NCBI GenBank assembly: GCA_038227875.1
Contig: JBBRPR010000009.1
Coordinates: 32,001-96,000, forward strand
Direction of reading: 5' to 3'
DNA from: Planctomycetota bacterium
Lineage (GTDB): Bacteria > Planctomycetota > SZUA-567 > H5-PLA8
DNA length: 64,000 nt
The notes below the pieces were generated by a model that was not told where the DNA came from, ran no database searches, and saw only the letters and a program-made list of their open reading frames with translations. Position numbers and translations under genes: made by a program. Below are positions 43,158-55,100 of the stretch, piece after piece (the first letter of the stretch is position 1; every line of letters begins with the position of its first letter).

Positions 43158-45698
43158 CTACGGCTTCACGGGCGAGAGCTCCGCAGGCAGTGGAACCAGC
43201 CCGCCGCTCGTCCCGGCCTGAAGCGCGTAGAGGTTGCGCTGGGAGGCGTAGTAAAGCACGCAATTGGCGATGGCCGGCGAACCCACGATGTCGGCATTGC
43301 CGAGATTCTCGGCAATAATGTGTTTTTCCCTGCCGTGCGCGAAGACCATCACGCCACCGTCGTGAAGTCCTATATAAACTTTGCCATCGGCGATCAGCGG
43401 GGAGCTCCACACCGGATGCTTGGCGGTGTGGCGCCAGAGCAGGGCGCCGGTCTCGGCGTCGAAGCAGTAGATGTTCCCGACGGCGTCGCCGGTGTAGAGA
43501 ATGTCGTCGGCGATGGCGACGGTGCAGGAACTGGAACGAATTTCGTCATAGGACCAGATTTTCGCGGAGCTGGTGACATCGCCACTCTGGGTGGCGTCGA
43601 TACAGACCAGGCGTCCAGGACCGGCCGACGGACCGCTGCGGGCCAGGTCATTACCGATCGCGACGTAGACGCGGTTTTTGTAGAAGACCGGCGTGCCGAT
43701 GATTTCGGCATGGTTGATACGCTCACTCAGGCAGTTGAATTTCCAGACGCAAGTGAGATCAGCGGCCGCGCCGTTTGAGGCGGGCGTGAAATCTGGATCA
43801 AAGGCGTAGCAGGTGCCGTTGCCGCCGCCGTAGATCAGCAGGTCTTTACCGTTGATGTTGCCCAGCGTCGGCGAGGCGTGAGCGCCGTGAAATGTGTGCG
43901 CGAAAATATCTTCGCGGTCCCGCGCCAGCAATTTTCCGGTGGCCTTGTCGAGGACGATGAGGCTGGGGGAATCGAAGGTGGTCTTGCCGGATTTGGCCAT
44001 CCATGCATCGATTTTCTTGGCGGAGCTCTCGTCGCCAAAATACGGATCGCTGCGCACGGAGGTCGTGCCCACGAACAGGTTGTTCCCGCGGATCAGCACG
44101 GCAGAATTGAGCGCGTTGAACGGATACGCGTTGACTTCGCGCATGAGATCGAAGCGCCAGACGATGTCCGCATCGAATGGCGTGAGCGTCGCGGGTGTGC
44201 CAGGCGTGCATTCGAAAACGTGGCGGCCTTCGGGCGTGATCTCGGACTGCTCGATCGTTCGTCCTCGCGCAAAGTAGTGCGCTTCATCTTGAAACGGTCC
44301 TTGATTGCCCTTGGCCAATCCGTCGGTGGTCAGGCAGAGCACGTCGCCGAGATGGTTGCAGGTGTAGAGGCGGTCGCCTTCGACGGTGGGGGTGGCACAG
44401 TTGCCGTAACTGCGTTTGTTGTAGAGTGCGGGAATGTACGGCGAGACCATGCGCCAGAGCAGTTTTCCCGACGCTTCGTCGAAACACCAGAGCAGCGCGT
44501 CTTCCTTGCCGCCTTCGATGTCTTCACCTCCAATGAATACTTTTCCGCCGGCGATCACCGGGCTGCCAAGCGTGCGCTTGGACAGCGGCACGACCCACTT
44601 CACATTTTTCAGGCCTTCCGTTTTTGTTGCCGTGACCGCTTCAAATTCCGACGGCAACCCCTTCTCGTTCCAAACCATGTTACGGTCGGTTGCTCCGCAC
44701 CATTGCGTCCAATCGCCAGTGCGTTTGGCTTCAGGGGGCGCTGTCGGAGCTGTGTTCTTATCGAGCGCTACATTGTGTGTGGTGTGAGCGTGGGCACGCG
44801 GCGTGTGTTGCAGCGCCGCAACAGTGCAGATTGCAAGCACTAGCACGCTGCTCGACCCGAGCAGTGCATGACGGTAGCGCAGCGAAAGGCCGATCAGTCC
44901 CTCCACCATGATGAGCAGTGCGCAGACGACGATGATCTCGGTGTTGAGATATGCAAAAACATCGAAGGCCTGTTCGCGCACGAATAGCTGCTCGATCAGC
45001 GGAATGAAAACTCCGGCCATAACGAGCATGCGTCCCGCAGCGACGCGGCGGGTGAAGCTTAGGAGCGCTCCCACGGCGCACAATCCCAGCGCCAGTAACG
45101 CTACCAAGACGGGACTCGCGGGCCTTTCGGAACTTGAACCGGCAAGTTCGCTGAACGCTCCAAATGACGAAAGTCCCACGATCAGCAGTGCACTGAATCC
45201 TTGCACGACACTGCCGTTGGGATTGGACGTTGAACGTTCACGTACGCCGGTGGCGAGCGTGAAGAGCAGCAAAGCAATCAGCGCGGCAGCGTGGATCCAG
45301 ATTCCAGATGCCGCAAAAGGTTGAAAGCCGGTCCACGCAACCGGATTTGCTTTGGTCAAATGGAGGTAGAAGGCAAGGACTGCTCCTGACGCCGCAAAAA
45401 GAATGCTGCGCTGAATGCCGCGCAATTTCAGCGCAGCGAAGAGCTCCAGCAGGCCGGCGACCCACACCACAACCATGATGACTTTGAATGGCAGCGTGTA
45501 AAACGTGCTGAAGAAAGAGAAGGACCAGAGAAATTTCTCGTCGCTGCCGCCCCACGGAATAAGAAATGTTGCAAAGATCAGCAGGCCGCAAATGGCGCAC
45601 GTCCAGTTCACTGCTGTCGAATCGTTTTCCCGCACTTTGGCTGGAAAATTCGCTTCTATTCCTGCGTTCTCGCCGACGCTGCTTACGTTGCTGCTCAA
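43158..45698 (-). CDS. multi-TM protein fused to a PQQ-like (BamB-type) beta-propeller
   Basis: Several N-terminal TMs; 'DWTQWCG..RN', 'NVKW', 'SPVIAGGKVF', 'DAETGALLW'; start codon uncertain. Confidence 0.8.
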   Translation of the reverse strand: MSSNVSSVGENAGIEANFPAKVRENDSTAVNWTCAICGLLIFATFLIPWGGSDEKFLWSFSFFSTFYTLPFKVIMVVVWVAGLLELFAALKLRGIQRSILFAASGAVLAFYLHLTKANPVAWTGFQPFAASGIWIHAAALIALLLFTLATGVRERSTSNPNGSVVQGFSALLIVGLSSFGAFSELAGSSSERPASPVLVALLALGLCAVGALLSFTRRVAAGRMLVMAGVFIPLIEQLFVREQAFDVFAYLNTEIIVVCALLIMVEGLIGLSLRYRHALLGSSSVLVLAICTVAALQHTPRAHAHTTHNVALDKNTAPTAPPEAKRTGDWTQWCGATDRNMVWNEKGLPSEFEAVTATKTEGLKNVKWVVPLSKRTLGSPVIAGGKVFIGGEDIEGGKEDALLWCFDEASGKLLWRMVSPYIPALYNKRSYGNCATPTVEGDRLYTCNHLGDVLCLTTDGLAKGNQGPFQDEAHYFARGRTIEQSEITPEGRHVFECTPGTPATLTPFDADIVWRFDLMREVNAYPFNALNSAVLIRGNNLFVGTTSVRSDPYFGDESSAKKIDAWMAKSGKTTFDSPSLIVLDKATGKLLARDREDIFAHTFHGAHASPTLGNINGKDLLIYGGGNGTCYAFDPDFTPASNGAAADLTCVWKFNCLSERINHAEIIGTPVFYKNRVYVAIGNDLARSGPSAGPGRLVCIDATQSGDVTSSAKIWSYDEIRSSSCTVAIADDILYTGDAVGNIYCFDAETGALLWRHTAKHPVWSSPLIADGKVYIGLHDGGVMVFAHGREKHIIAENLGNADIVGSPAIANCVLYYASQRNLYALQAGTSGGLVPLPAELSPVKP

Positions 45699-45911
45699 AT
45701 TCGACTGATCCCCGTAAAGGTAAAATCTATTTGCGAATGCGGACGCGATAGTATTCTCGCCACTTCAATAAATCGCGATTAATGAACGCTTTGTAATAAT
45801 TATTTGGAGTGATTCGAAATCACGAAATAACAAAAATAATTTGTCTCATTTCTGGTAATTGAATTATTTGAAATGATACAAAATCAATCTGTATTACATC
45901 AAATATATTAT

Positions 45912-47018
45912 TTAATTCGCAGCAGCGCTGCCGTTCTGGGGCTGGCGGCGGCGCAAGCTGTGATCGCAACTGGTGAGCACGACTTCCGGCTTGACCCACG
46001 TGAGGCACGCGCGGTCAGTGCGTTCACAGGTGGTCTTCCAGCAGGGGTGGCAATCCACGCCGCCGGTCTGGATGCGGTGCATGCTGCCGTAGGGACCGTT
46101 GCGCAGCGGATCCGTCGCGCCGAAGATCGCAACCGAATTTACTTTCAGTGCGACGGCCAGATGCAGCGGGCCGGTATCGTTGCCGACAAACAACACGGCT
46201 TGCGACGTCAGTGCGGCAAGTTTGCGCAGATCGGTTTCGGGACAGAGGTACGCCTTGTCGCCGGCGATGCCACAGATGGTTTTGCCGGAGGCCAGTTCGT
46301 CGGCGCCAGCCCAGGTCACCAGTGACGGCAGATTGTGCTGCTCCATCAGCCCTTTCGCCACAAGTCCGAACGATTCCGGTGGCCAGCGCTTGGTAAACCA
46401 CGTCGCACCCGGATTGATGATGCAGTAGGGCCGCGCCAGTCCGGCGTCGTCGATCAGTCCGCACGACTTGAGAAACGGCAGCATCTCCTGCTTCTCAGCG
46501 GCGTATGAGGGCATCGCCCAATCGGGCTTGTTGGGCAGTTCCACGTTGAGTGGTTTGAGCAGCGAGAGATTTTTCTCGACGACGTGAACGGCCTCTTCCG
46601 GCGGAGAGACACGTTCGGTGGTGAAGACGCGGTTGAGTTCCCGGCTTTCGTCGCCCTTGAAACCAATGCGCCGTTTCGCGCCGCTCCACCACGAGACCAG
46701 CCCGCTCTTGGCCAGGCCTTGCAGGTCGATCGATGTTTCATAGCCAACCGCACCCAATTCCTTGCGGAAGGTGCTCAGGCTTTTCATGCGCGTCATCAGC
46801 GTTCCCGAGCCGCGCTTGAAGGCCTTGCGTGGAAAGACGTGAAAACGGTCGACCATCGGATGGTCTTTGAGCAGCGAATAGCCCATGTCCTCGATTGCCC
46901 AGCCGATTTCCGCCGACGGGAAATGACGCCGCAGCGCCACCAGCGTCGGGATGGCGTGGAGGCAATCTCCTAGTGCGGAGAGCCGGACGAGCAAAATTTT
47001 AGGACTGCCGCCAATCAT
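45912..47018 (-). CDS. GT9 LPS heptosyltransferase (WaaC/WaaF-like)
   Basis: 'VRLSALGD', 'DLQGLAKS', 'KRWP', 'VGNDTGPLHLA'. Confidence 0.9.
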   Translation of the reverse strand: MIGGSPKILLVRLSALGDCLHAIPTLVALRRHFPSAEIGWAIEDMGYSLLKDHPMVDRFHVFPRKAFKRGSGTLMTRMKSLSTFRKELGAVGYETSIDLQGLAKSGLVSWWSGAKRRIGFKGDESRELNRVFTTERVSPPEEAVHVVEKNLSLLKPLNVELPNKPDWAMPSYAAEKQEMLPFLKSCGLIDDAGLARPYCIINPGATWFTKRWPPESFGLVAKGLMEQHNLPSLVTWAGADELASGKTICGIAGDKAYLCPETDLRKLAALTSQAVLFVGNDTGPLHLAVALKVNSVAIFGATDPLRNGPYGSMHRIQTGGVDCHPCWKTTCERTDRACLTWVKPEVVLTSCDHSLRRRQPQNGSAAAN

Positions 47019-48139
47019 TGTTTCGTGTTCACCAATTCCCGGTACGCGTTCAGCACCCCATCTACCATACGCTCAGCCGAAAATTTTGCGCGTGCGTTCT
47101 GCGCCGCGGCCTGGCCCATCTTCCTGCACAGTTCCCGGTCGCGGGCAAGAGCTTCCATCCCTTTTGCCATCGCCACGGTATCACCGATCTCCGTAGTGAC
47201 GCCGCTGACTCCGTCGTCCACAATCTCCACCATGCCACCGGCCTTTGTGATCACGGCCGGAAGTCCGGCGGCCTGGGCTTCAATCAGCGCCGTGCAGAGC
47301 CCTTCGGCTTCGCTGGCGAAAATCGCGGCATTGCTGGCCGACCAGACCGGGCGCAGATCCTGCACAAATCCCAGGAAATGCACGCGATCATTCAGCCCCG
47401 CCTGCCGCACACTTTCGTGCAGCGTCTGCTCCAGCTTTCCCGTTCCAGCAATGAGCAGCTGAACGTCCGGAACAGCCGACAGCGCGCGAAGTATGTCCTG
47501 CTGGCGCTTTTCGCTGGTCAACGCGGCTGCATGGGCGAGCACAAACGCATCCGCAGCAATGCCCAGCCTTTCGCGCAGCGCTTTGCCTTCCATTCCGGCC
47601 GCTGCCATTTCTGGAAATTCCATGCCGCTGAAGACCACGCGGATCGAATCGTCGGAAATGCCATCGGCCAGCAGTCGTTCCCGCACTGCCGCACTGATCG
47701 CGATAATCCTATCCACTCGGCCCTGATATTTCCACCGACCCTTTAAGGCAAATACGGTGCGGCGGTGGACGACGAGTTTAAGGTTCGTGCGAGGATGGAA
47801 CCACGCCGCGAACTTCGCCGGCAGTACGGCGTGCCCGTCATGGGCGTGGAGTACATCCGGCTTTTCCCGGCGCAGTAACCGTGCCAGCCGCGCCGTGCCG
47901 ACCAGATCCAATTCGCCAGACGGATGAATCGCGCCGGTCGGGATGCCTGCGGAGCGACAACGTTCCAGCAGCGGAGCGTTGCGCGGTGCGATCACCAGCG
48001 CCCGCTGTCCGCGCGCGATCAAGCCGCGGGCCAGCAGCCAGATCTGATTTTCGCCGCCGCGCCACGATTTTGCCGTCGAAAGATGTATCGAATAAATCGG
48101 TTGCACACTCGGCGTAAATCTACGGCACGCGGCCGGCAT
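47015..48139 (-). CDS. GT4 glycosyltransferase
   Basis: 'WRGGENQ', 'EKRQ', 'EGLCTALIEA'. Confidence 0.88.
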   Translation of the reverse strand: MPAACRRFTPSVQPIYSIHLSTAKSWRGGENQIWLLARGLIARGQRALVIAPRNAPLLERCRSAGIPTGAIHPSGELDLVGTARLARLLRREKPDVLHAHDGHAVLPAKFAAWFHPRTNLKLVVHRRTVFALKGRWKYQGRVDRIIAISAAVRERLLADGISDDSIRVVFSGMEFPEMAAAGMEGKALRERLGIAADAFVLAHAAALTSEKRQQDILRALSAVPDVQLLIAGTGKLEQTLHESVRQAGLNDRVHFLGFVQDLRPVWSASNAAIFASEAEGLCTALIEAQAAGLPAVITKAGGMVEIVDDGVSGVTTEIGDTVAMAKGMEALARDRELCRKMGQAAAQNARAKFSAERMVDGVLNAYRELVNTKQ

Positions 48140-48315
48140 TTAAAGGGAAAGTTCAACTCTCATGTGCGTATAGCGCGCACGTAATTTGAACGGAAATGCT
48201 GAAATACATTCTGAATCGCACCGTCATACCGGTTGAAGCGCTTCCTGAGACAAAGATGGGCCCAGTGCCGCCTGAGCGGCAACGGGTTCGCGGATCTTTT
48301 CCACGGAGGTGTTTC

Positions 48316-48750
48316 ATGCCCGGCCAGGAACGTTCGCTTTCGTACAAACTCGCGCTGCTTACGCGCTACGTCATCATCGCCTTATTTGGCGTCCTCGTCT
48401 TCAGCGGTCTTTCCGGAGAACACGACGCGGGGCAACTGCACGCCTCCGGCATCGCGGCGGCGCCGGGCCATCTGTGCTTCAATGTGAAGGCCAGCCAGCG
48501 CTTCTATGTAGTCGACACGGTCGCCAGCCCCCGGCGCATCTGCGTCTATTCGCTCAACACCGACGAACTGCGCTTGGTCAGCGCGCGGCGGATCGAGACC
48601 GACCTGAACATTTTCGATGGCAGCATCAAAGCTCCACGAGCGATCGAAGGCGGCAACGGCGTCACCGCCGAAGAAGCCGAACGGTACTTGAATACCATCA
48701 AGCAGGATCCCGAAGTTAAAAAAGCAGCGGCTCCGAAATACGACAAATAG
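48316..48750 (+). CDS. hypothetical membrane-anchored protein (paralogue A)
   Basis: SD GGAGGT then ATG at 48316; TM; 'FYVVDT..ICVY..LRLVSARRIETDL'. Confidence 0.7.
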   Translation: MPGQERSLSYKLALLTRYVIIALFGVLVFSGLSGEHDAGQLHASGIAAAPGHLCFNVKASQRFYVVDTVASPRRICVYSLNTDELRLVSARRIETDLNIFDGSIKAPRAIEGGNGVTAEEAERYLNTIKQDPEVKKAAAPKYDK

Positions 48751-48775
48751 CTCCCATTAAATGGAGAACCTGAAC

Positions 48776-49162
48776 ATGAATTCTTTCAGTACGTTCAATG
48801 CCTGGGCGCTCAACGTTGCACTCCTGATTGCCCTGATCGGCGCGGGTGCCACGGCGCATCTGCGTTCGAAAGCGAATGCGGCCGGCGGCGGCTGGGCCAC
48901 CGACGGGATCATGGCTAATTCGATCGACGGTGATAACGATCGCGTGGTCGTGATCGATACGGATAAAAAGCAGATCGCCGTTTATAAGATTCAAGGCACC
49001 GGCCAGTTCCGATTGATCAGCGCTCGCGACTACAAGTACGACATGCTGCTGGAAGACACGTCCGGCGTCTCGGAGATCGAAACACGGAACGGCATCACTG
49101 CGATGCGTGCTCACGAGCTCTGGGAAGAGCACCGCAATCGCAATGCATCGCAGCATCCGTAG
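48776..49162 (+). CDS. hypothetical membrane-anchored protein (paralogue B)
   Basis: SD GGAG then ATG at 48776; TM; 'VVVIDT..IAVY..FRLISARDYKYDM'. Confidence 0.7.
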   Translation: MNSFSTFNAWALNVALLIALIGAGATAHLRSKANAAGGGWATDGIMANSIDGDNDRVVVIDTDKKQIAVYKIQGTGQFRLISARDYKYDMLLEDTSGVSEIETRNGITAMRAHELWEEHRNRNASQHP

Positions 49163-49178
49163 CAACCTTGGACGAAGA

Positions 49179-52100
49179 CTAATTCGAACTCTCAACGCGG
49201 AACGATTCGATCTTTACTTCCCCGTTCTCGTTGAGATTGTAGAGCAGGAAGTCGATGTGGCCGATGCTGGCGCGCGGCGTGAACGGCTGGTCGTAGACCT
49301 TCCAGTCGTTCTTGGCGGTCTTGAAGTCGTCCAGGTTGAGCGGGAAGCGCACATTCCGGTTCCAGCCGGGGCGGATGAAAATGGGGCGGCTTTCGTAGCC
49401 CAGCCATTCAGGTTTCGTTGAGAACAGCAGCGCGACGTTGAAGCCGTGGTTCAGCGACGAGTGAATGTCGACCACGATGGAATTGGCCGCGGCGAGATTC
49501 AGTTCAACGTTGCGCCCGGCCGCGGCCTTCATCTTGTCGCCGGACTGGAACGCGATCTTGATCGCCTTGAGCCCCGTCGCGCCGCTGGGGCCATCGACCA
49601 GCTCGAACTTCGCCGGATTGCCCCATTCCTGAATCGCCCAGACTGGATTGCCATCGTCGCCCACCGCGGCGCTGAAGGCGTCGACAATTTTTAGCGGCGG
49701 GCCATTGTAGCGATAGATTTTCTCAAACTGCGCCGCGCTCTCCGGGGGCGGCGGCATCTGCGGCGCGTCAGACCCGAGCGAATAGGCCAGCAGGTTTATG
49801 CCGAAGCGCAGCGAACCTTCGAGCATTTCGTCGGCGGTGAGGTCGGTGAGCGACGGTCGGCCGGCGATGTTGCGCGGATCGATTTCCAGACCGTCGGCGT
49901 AATCGTTGCGCGTGTAAATCAGCGCCGCGCGCGGCTTGCCGTCGCGGCCGGCGAGCGTGATGCCTTCCATGAATTCCTGACGGTACTTGTCGCCCGGCGG
50001 AACGCGGTAGCCCTTATAGCCGTGCGTCAGGTCGTAGGCGGAATGGAAAAGCGGGTGGGTCATTTCGAGTTTTTCGAGTTTCTGGCCGGGGAAGAGGCGG
50101 ACCATGTCTTTGCGCAGCGCGAGGTCGAAGCGTTCATCGCCGCTGGCGCCGGAATCGTTGAACCAGAGCGTGCCGCCATTTTCAACGTATGCGCGCATCG
50201 CGAGAAGTTCCGCGTCGCTGAACGGAATGGCGTAGTTGGCGGTAAAGAGCAGGAAGCGGCACGACGCCATGGCTTTGGGATCATCGAGCTTCACGGTCCT
50301 GACTTCGGCTTCGACGTCCGGCAGTCCGCAACGTTCGCGGAAGGCGGTGGCGAGATTGAAGAGCGCCGTCGGCGAGGAATTCCAATCGGCCGCATGCTGC
50401 GCCAGGCCGAGGTTGACGCGCAGCACCGTGCCGCCAGGAGGACCCCAGTGCGGCCGGTCGTGAGATTCTGCGCCGCTGTGGGCCAGCGCCGCGCTGGAAT
50501 TTTTGCCGCCGCGGTCGAGTGTCAATCCATCGATCGCCGCTTGAACGCTGGCCTTGCCGCCGGAGCCGCTGCCGAACCCCGAGGCGCCGTGGCCCGACCC
50601 TGTTCCTGAAGTGCCGCTGCCCGCAGGTCCGTGTCCACCGAGACCGCCGGAGCCCAGCCCGAGTCCGGCCAATTCGGTTCCGCCACCGCCGGTACCCTTG
50701 CCGTTGGTCAATCCGGAGACGCCGAGCGGTCCATTGCCGCGCGGACCGGGCGGACCTTCATCGCCGATGCCTTTGCCGTTTCCGATTCCCGTGCCGTTGC
50801 CGTGCGCCTGCGCGACGGAGCCCGCGCCCGATCCGGCGCCGAGCGGATCAGCATCGAGCGGCGCATCGCCGGGGCCGGGACGTCCGGAGCCGGAACCTGT
50901 GCCGCGACCGTTGCCGATGCTGCGCGAGGTCAAACTTTCGCCGTTGGAACCTGGCAGCCCATTGCCGAGTCCCGAGGCCACGCCGCCAGTCTGCGAACCC
51001 ATGCCCAATCCATGCCCGGAACCGCCCGACGCAATACCGATGTCGTTTCCGCCGGTGCCACGTCCGCCTAATGTGCCGATGCCGCCGGGAAGTCCGCGCG
51101 GCGAACCCGGACCGCCGTCGCCATTTCCAGAGGCGATGCCTGTTCCATTGCCGCTTCCCGCGCCCGTTCCTGCGCCGTTGCCGGCGGCAGCGGTACCCGT
51201 GCCGGAACCGTTGCCATTTCCATTTCCGCCCGTTCCAGATCCGTTGCCACCGAGATCCAATGGCGCATCGCCGATGCCGTGTCCGTTGCCAAAACCCGCG
51301 CCACCGGTTCCCGTTCCACTTCCGCCGCGTCCGGAACCGATCGCTCGACCTGCGATACCCGAGCCGTCGCCCTTTCCGCCATAGCCGTTGCCGAGTCCGC
51401 CGGGTCCGCCAAATCCGTGATTGCCCGGACCCGCGCCGCGTCCGATGCCGTCGCCGGTTCCGTTACCGCTCCCACCCAGTCCCTCGCCACTGCCCAGCCC
51501 GCGGCCGGTTCCGGTGGCGGTCGTCAGTCCGTGTCCGCCGCGCGGCAACGTGCCTTCGCCGCGCGGCAACGTGCCTTCGCCGCCCAGTCCATTCGCGCCA
51601 GCGCCGGAGATCGACGCGCCGTCTTTGCTCCCGCCTGCTCCGGAGCTGGTGGTCGTTTTGCCAGAGTTTCCGGAACTCGCGAGACCTTCGCCCAGAACCG
51701 GGCCGGCGTCGAGTGCGTCGTCATCGCCACGGCCGACGAGCAAACCGGTTTTGCGATTCGATTCGGTGCCTGCGACGGCTGATCCGCGTTCCGCTCCGCT
51801 ATCGCCCCAGGCCTTGCCGTTTTCCGGAACCACTGCGCCGCTGGTGCCGGAAATGTAGCGCGTGGCCGGTGCGGAATTTTTGATCTCGGGTCCCAGCGCC
51901 GAAGCCCCGGGATTGGAGGTCGCGGCAATCGACGTGACCGTCGCTGGCGCGGAGGGTTCGCCGAGCGTCGACTTCGCCGGCCCGCGCGTTTCGAGTTTGG
52001 GAGCATCGGGCGACGGCGCGCCAACCGTGTCCGCGATGAGCGGGATGTCGTCCATTGCCAGGGGCTGACCGTCGCCGCGGGCCGCACCAGGCGCGCCGAC

Positions 52101-55100
52101 GAGGACCACCTTTTCATCCGGGTTGCCGCCGCCGGCTTCCGTTTTCGCCGCGGCCGCCGACGAGGCTTGTTTCGTGCCCGGACCATTGCTGCCGGCGGGA
52201 AGTTCGATTTTCGAGGTCGTAAGCGGAACGTGCGCGGCAGCGGGAGCTCCGGCGGGTTCCGGCTTCGCCGCCGGGACCAGCGGTGCCACGCCGCCGGGGT
52301 CGTCGTTCATCGCCAGCGCTTCGTCGGGTCCGCCCGTGGACGGACCGCGTTCGAAAGCCGGACCGCCGCCCGCGGGGGCCGCGTCACCCGCGCCTGCTTT
52401 TTGAATCGCTGCCGCCGCAGCCGGTCCGCCGGGACCGTTGCCGCCGTCCTTCAATCCTGCCAGCGCGCCATTGGCGTTTTCTTTTCCGCCACCGAGCGCC
52501 GCCAGGCCGTCGCCGCCGCGCGGACCGGCTGCGGCAGGCGTGTCGTTGACTGCGCCGGCTGCTCCTCCATCAGCCTCTGTCGCGCCTCCGCCGTCGTCGA
52601 GCTTGGTCAGATCGATGTCCATGCCTTGCGACGCTTCGACCGAGCCAAATGAATCGTCTTTGCGGGACTGCGGGATGACGATGAAAAAGAACAAGCCAAA
52701 GTGGAGCAGTCCCGAGTACGCGGCGACGCGCACCCAGCGGCGCTTGACCAGTTTGCGCACGAAGACCGCGCAGATCATCAGTGGGATAATGATCAGCAGT
52801 GTCCACCAGTCGAAGCCTTCGGTGTGCGGCGTCGGCGTCGCGCTGATCCGGTGCGAGTGGACGACCGTGGCGTGAATTGTCTGCCGTTCCGAGCCGCTCT
52901 CCACGACGATCAAAGTCTGGTCGCCGTCCTCCGAATCGGTGAGCGCGCGGATGTGGAATTTCGCCTCGCCGCGTCCCGGCAACACGAACGATTTTTCCGG
53001 AGCGGCTTCGGCGTCGCGGATCAATTCGGCGCTGATATGCGCCATCCCGGCGGTCGGCTCGCAGTGCGCGCGGATCGGCAGCGGTTCGTCGGACTGCGAA
53101 AAGACCGTCACGGTCACCGGCTTGTCCGGCTGGCCGTCGTAGACATTCAAGACGACTTCAATCGGCGTGACGTGAAACGGCGGCAGCGGAATCGGGTAGA
53201 CGACCTGGAACGCGACTGGAATCTCCACCGCGCCCAGCCGCGAGACGACTTTCACGCTGGTCTTGTAGATGCCATCCTGCGCCGAATCTGGCACGCGCAG
53301 TTCCAGCGCGACCTCCGCGTCGCCGCCGGGCTGCAGCGTTGTGGCGCGCGTCAGAATTTTCAGCGCGTCTTCAGCGAGATGGATGGTGCGGACGAGCGGC
53401 TTGGTGGGCGGCGCTTCGATCGCGGCGATCAGCGACGTTGGGCGCACTCCCTTAAAGGTAGCGCGAAAGGCGAGCTTGCGCGTCTGCCCGGGGAATATCG
53501 ATCCGAAATCAAGCGCGGTGGCCGAGAGATTCAATTCCGGCTGAACGACATTGGCCGTCCAGCGCACAGCCGCGTCGGCAGCGTTTCCGTGGAGCGTGAT
53601 GGTTCCCGATGTCGAGCCGGCTGGAGCGTCGGCGGGAAGTTTGAGCGCGACCCGCGCATCGTTGGGCTTGGATGCATCGACGATGACATTCGACGCGGCG
53701 GAATTCACACGGACGGACTGCGCGTCGCCCCCGCCAAGTTTCCACGACAACGTTTGCGCGGCCGCGTCACCGGGTTCGAGTTGCCCGAAGTTGAGATCGC
53801 CGCCGAGTTCGAACCACTGCGGCTGAACGTCGACGCGGACCAGAACGCGGCCGAGTTCCCGCCCGCTGCCACGCAGCACGACTTCGCGCTCCAACGTTCC
53901 GGCGCGGCATTCGGGACTTACGGTAAAGGTGAAGTTGGCCGCTTGACGGTGTTCATCGAGAACGAACGGTTCCGGAGCAGCGGTCAGTTTCAGGAGCTCG
54001 GATCGGGGCACGCTCAGCGGTGCCGCATGCCCGCGGGGCAACCGCAGCAGCGAGGTCCAGTACGCGCAGTCGTTCAGTTCCACGCCAGCCAGCCGCGTCC
54101 GGCCACCGCGCGTGGCGAGTGGCAGCGACGCCTGGATTTGCGCACCGGGCGCGACGGATCCGAGATCGAGCAGCGCAAAGCGGTTCAGCGCGAGTTCCGG
54201 CAACTTCACGCGCACATGCCACGGTACGCTGGCCGTGACCTTCGGCGCCTGTTTTTCGCCGTCGAGTTCCAGTTCGATCAGCCCGCCGTACGAGCCGGGC
54301 CCGAGCTCATCGGGAAGCGTGAGTTGCAGCGGCAGCGTTGCCGCTTCGCGGCTGGGGAGCGCGTGTCTGTCGTCGAGCAGGACAAGTTGCTTGGAAAGGT
54401 CGGTCATGTTCGCCGCAGTTTTCGACGTGAAGCGATAATTGCCGCCGGCGCCGCGCACACGGACGAGCAACTCGCCACTCACGCGTTCGCCGGCGAAATG
54501 AGTACCGAGATCCAGCGCGTGCGGCACGACCAGCCCGCGCGCGCTGCCGCGGACGAGCGTCCAATGCGCGCGGACTTCGCGGCGGAAATCTTCGCCCACG
54601 GCGCGCTTTCCCGACACTGTAGCCGTAATCACGCCGGTGGTCCCGACAGGCAAATCAAGCCCCGCGAGTTTGGCGACGAAGCCGGCGTAAATTCCATCGC
54701 CGGCCGTGCCGTCTTCGTGTGTGCCGTCGTCGAAGAGTATGGCGGCGAGTCGCTCGGAACGGTCGGCGATCTCCAGCGAGACGTCGACGGTGGCTCCGGC
54801 CAGCGGCGTCGCGCCGTCGGTCAGCGAAAGTCCGATGCGCGGGTCGTCGGGATCGATTTCGACGGTGCCGGTGGCGTCGGTCGCGGCGCGGAAGAAGAGC
54901 GGGTAGAGCGAGGTGTGCGCGGAGGCTTCCAATCGCGCGGATGCACCGGCCGGCCACTGTGCGGTCCACGCGCCGGGCGGCGGCGAAATCTTGTGAAAGA
55001 CGGGGTGTTCGGCGGCGCTGGTGGTCTCGGTTTCGCCCTTTGGCGACTTTACCGTCAGTGTGCCGCTGGATTCCGACGAGACGGACGCGACCAGTGTGCG

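Noticed and set aside
42966..43778. 270-aa plus-strand ORF
   Set aside because: Mostly antisense to the PQQ-propeller gene; no independent motifs.
51537..51583. functional significance of the 21-bp duplication
   Set aside because: In-frame slippage within a low-complexity linker; recorded as a repeat only.
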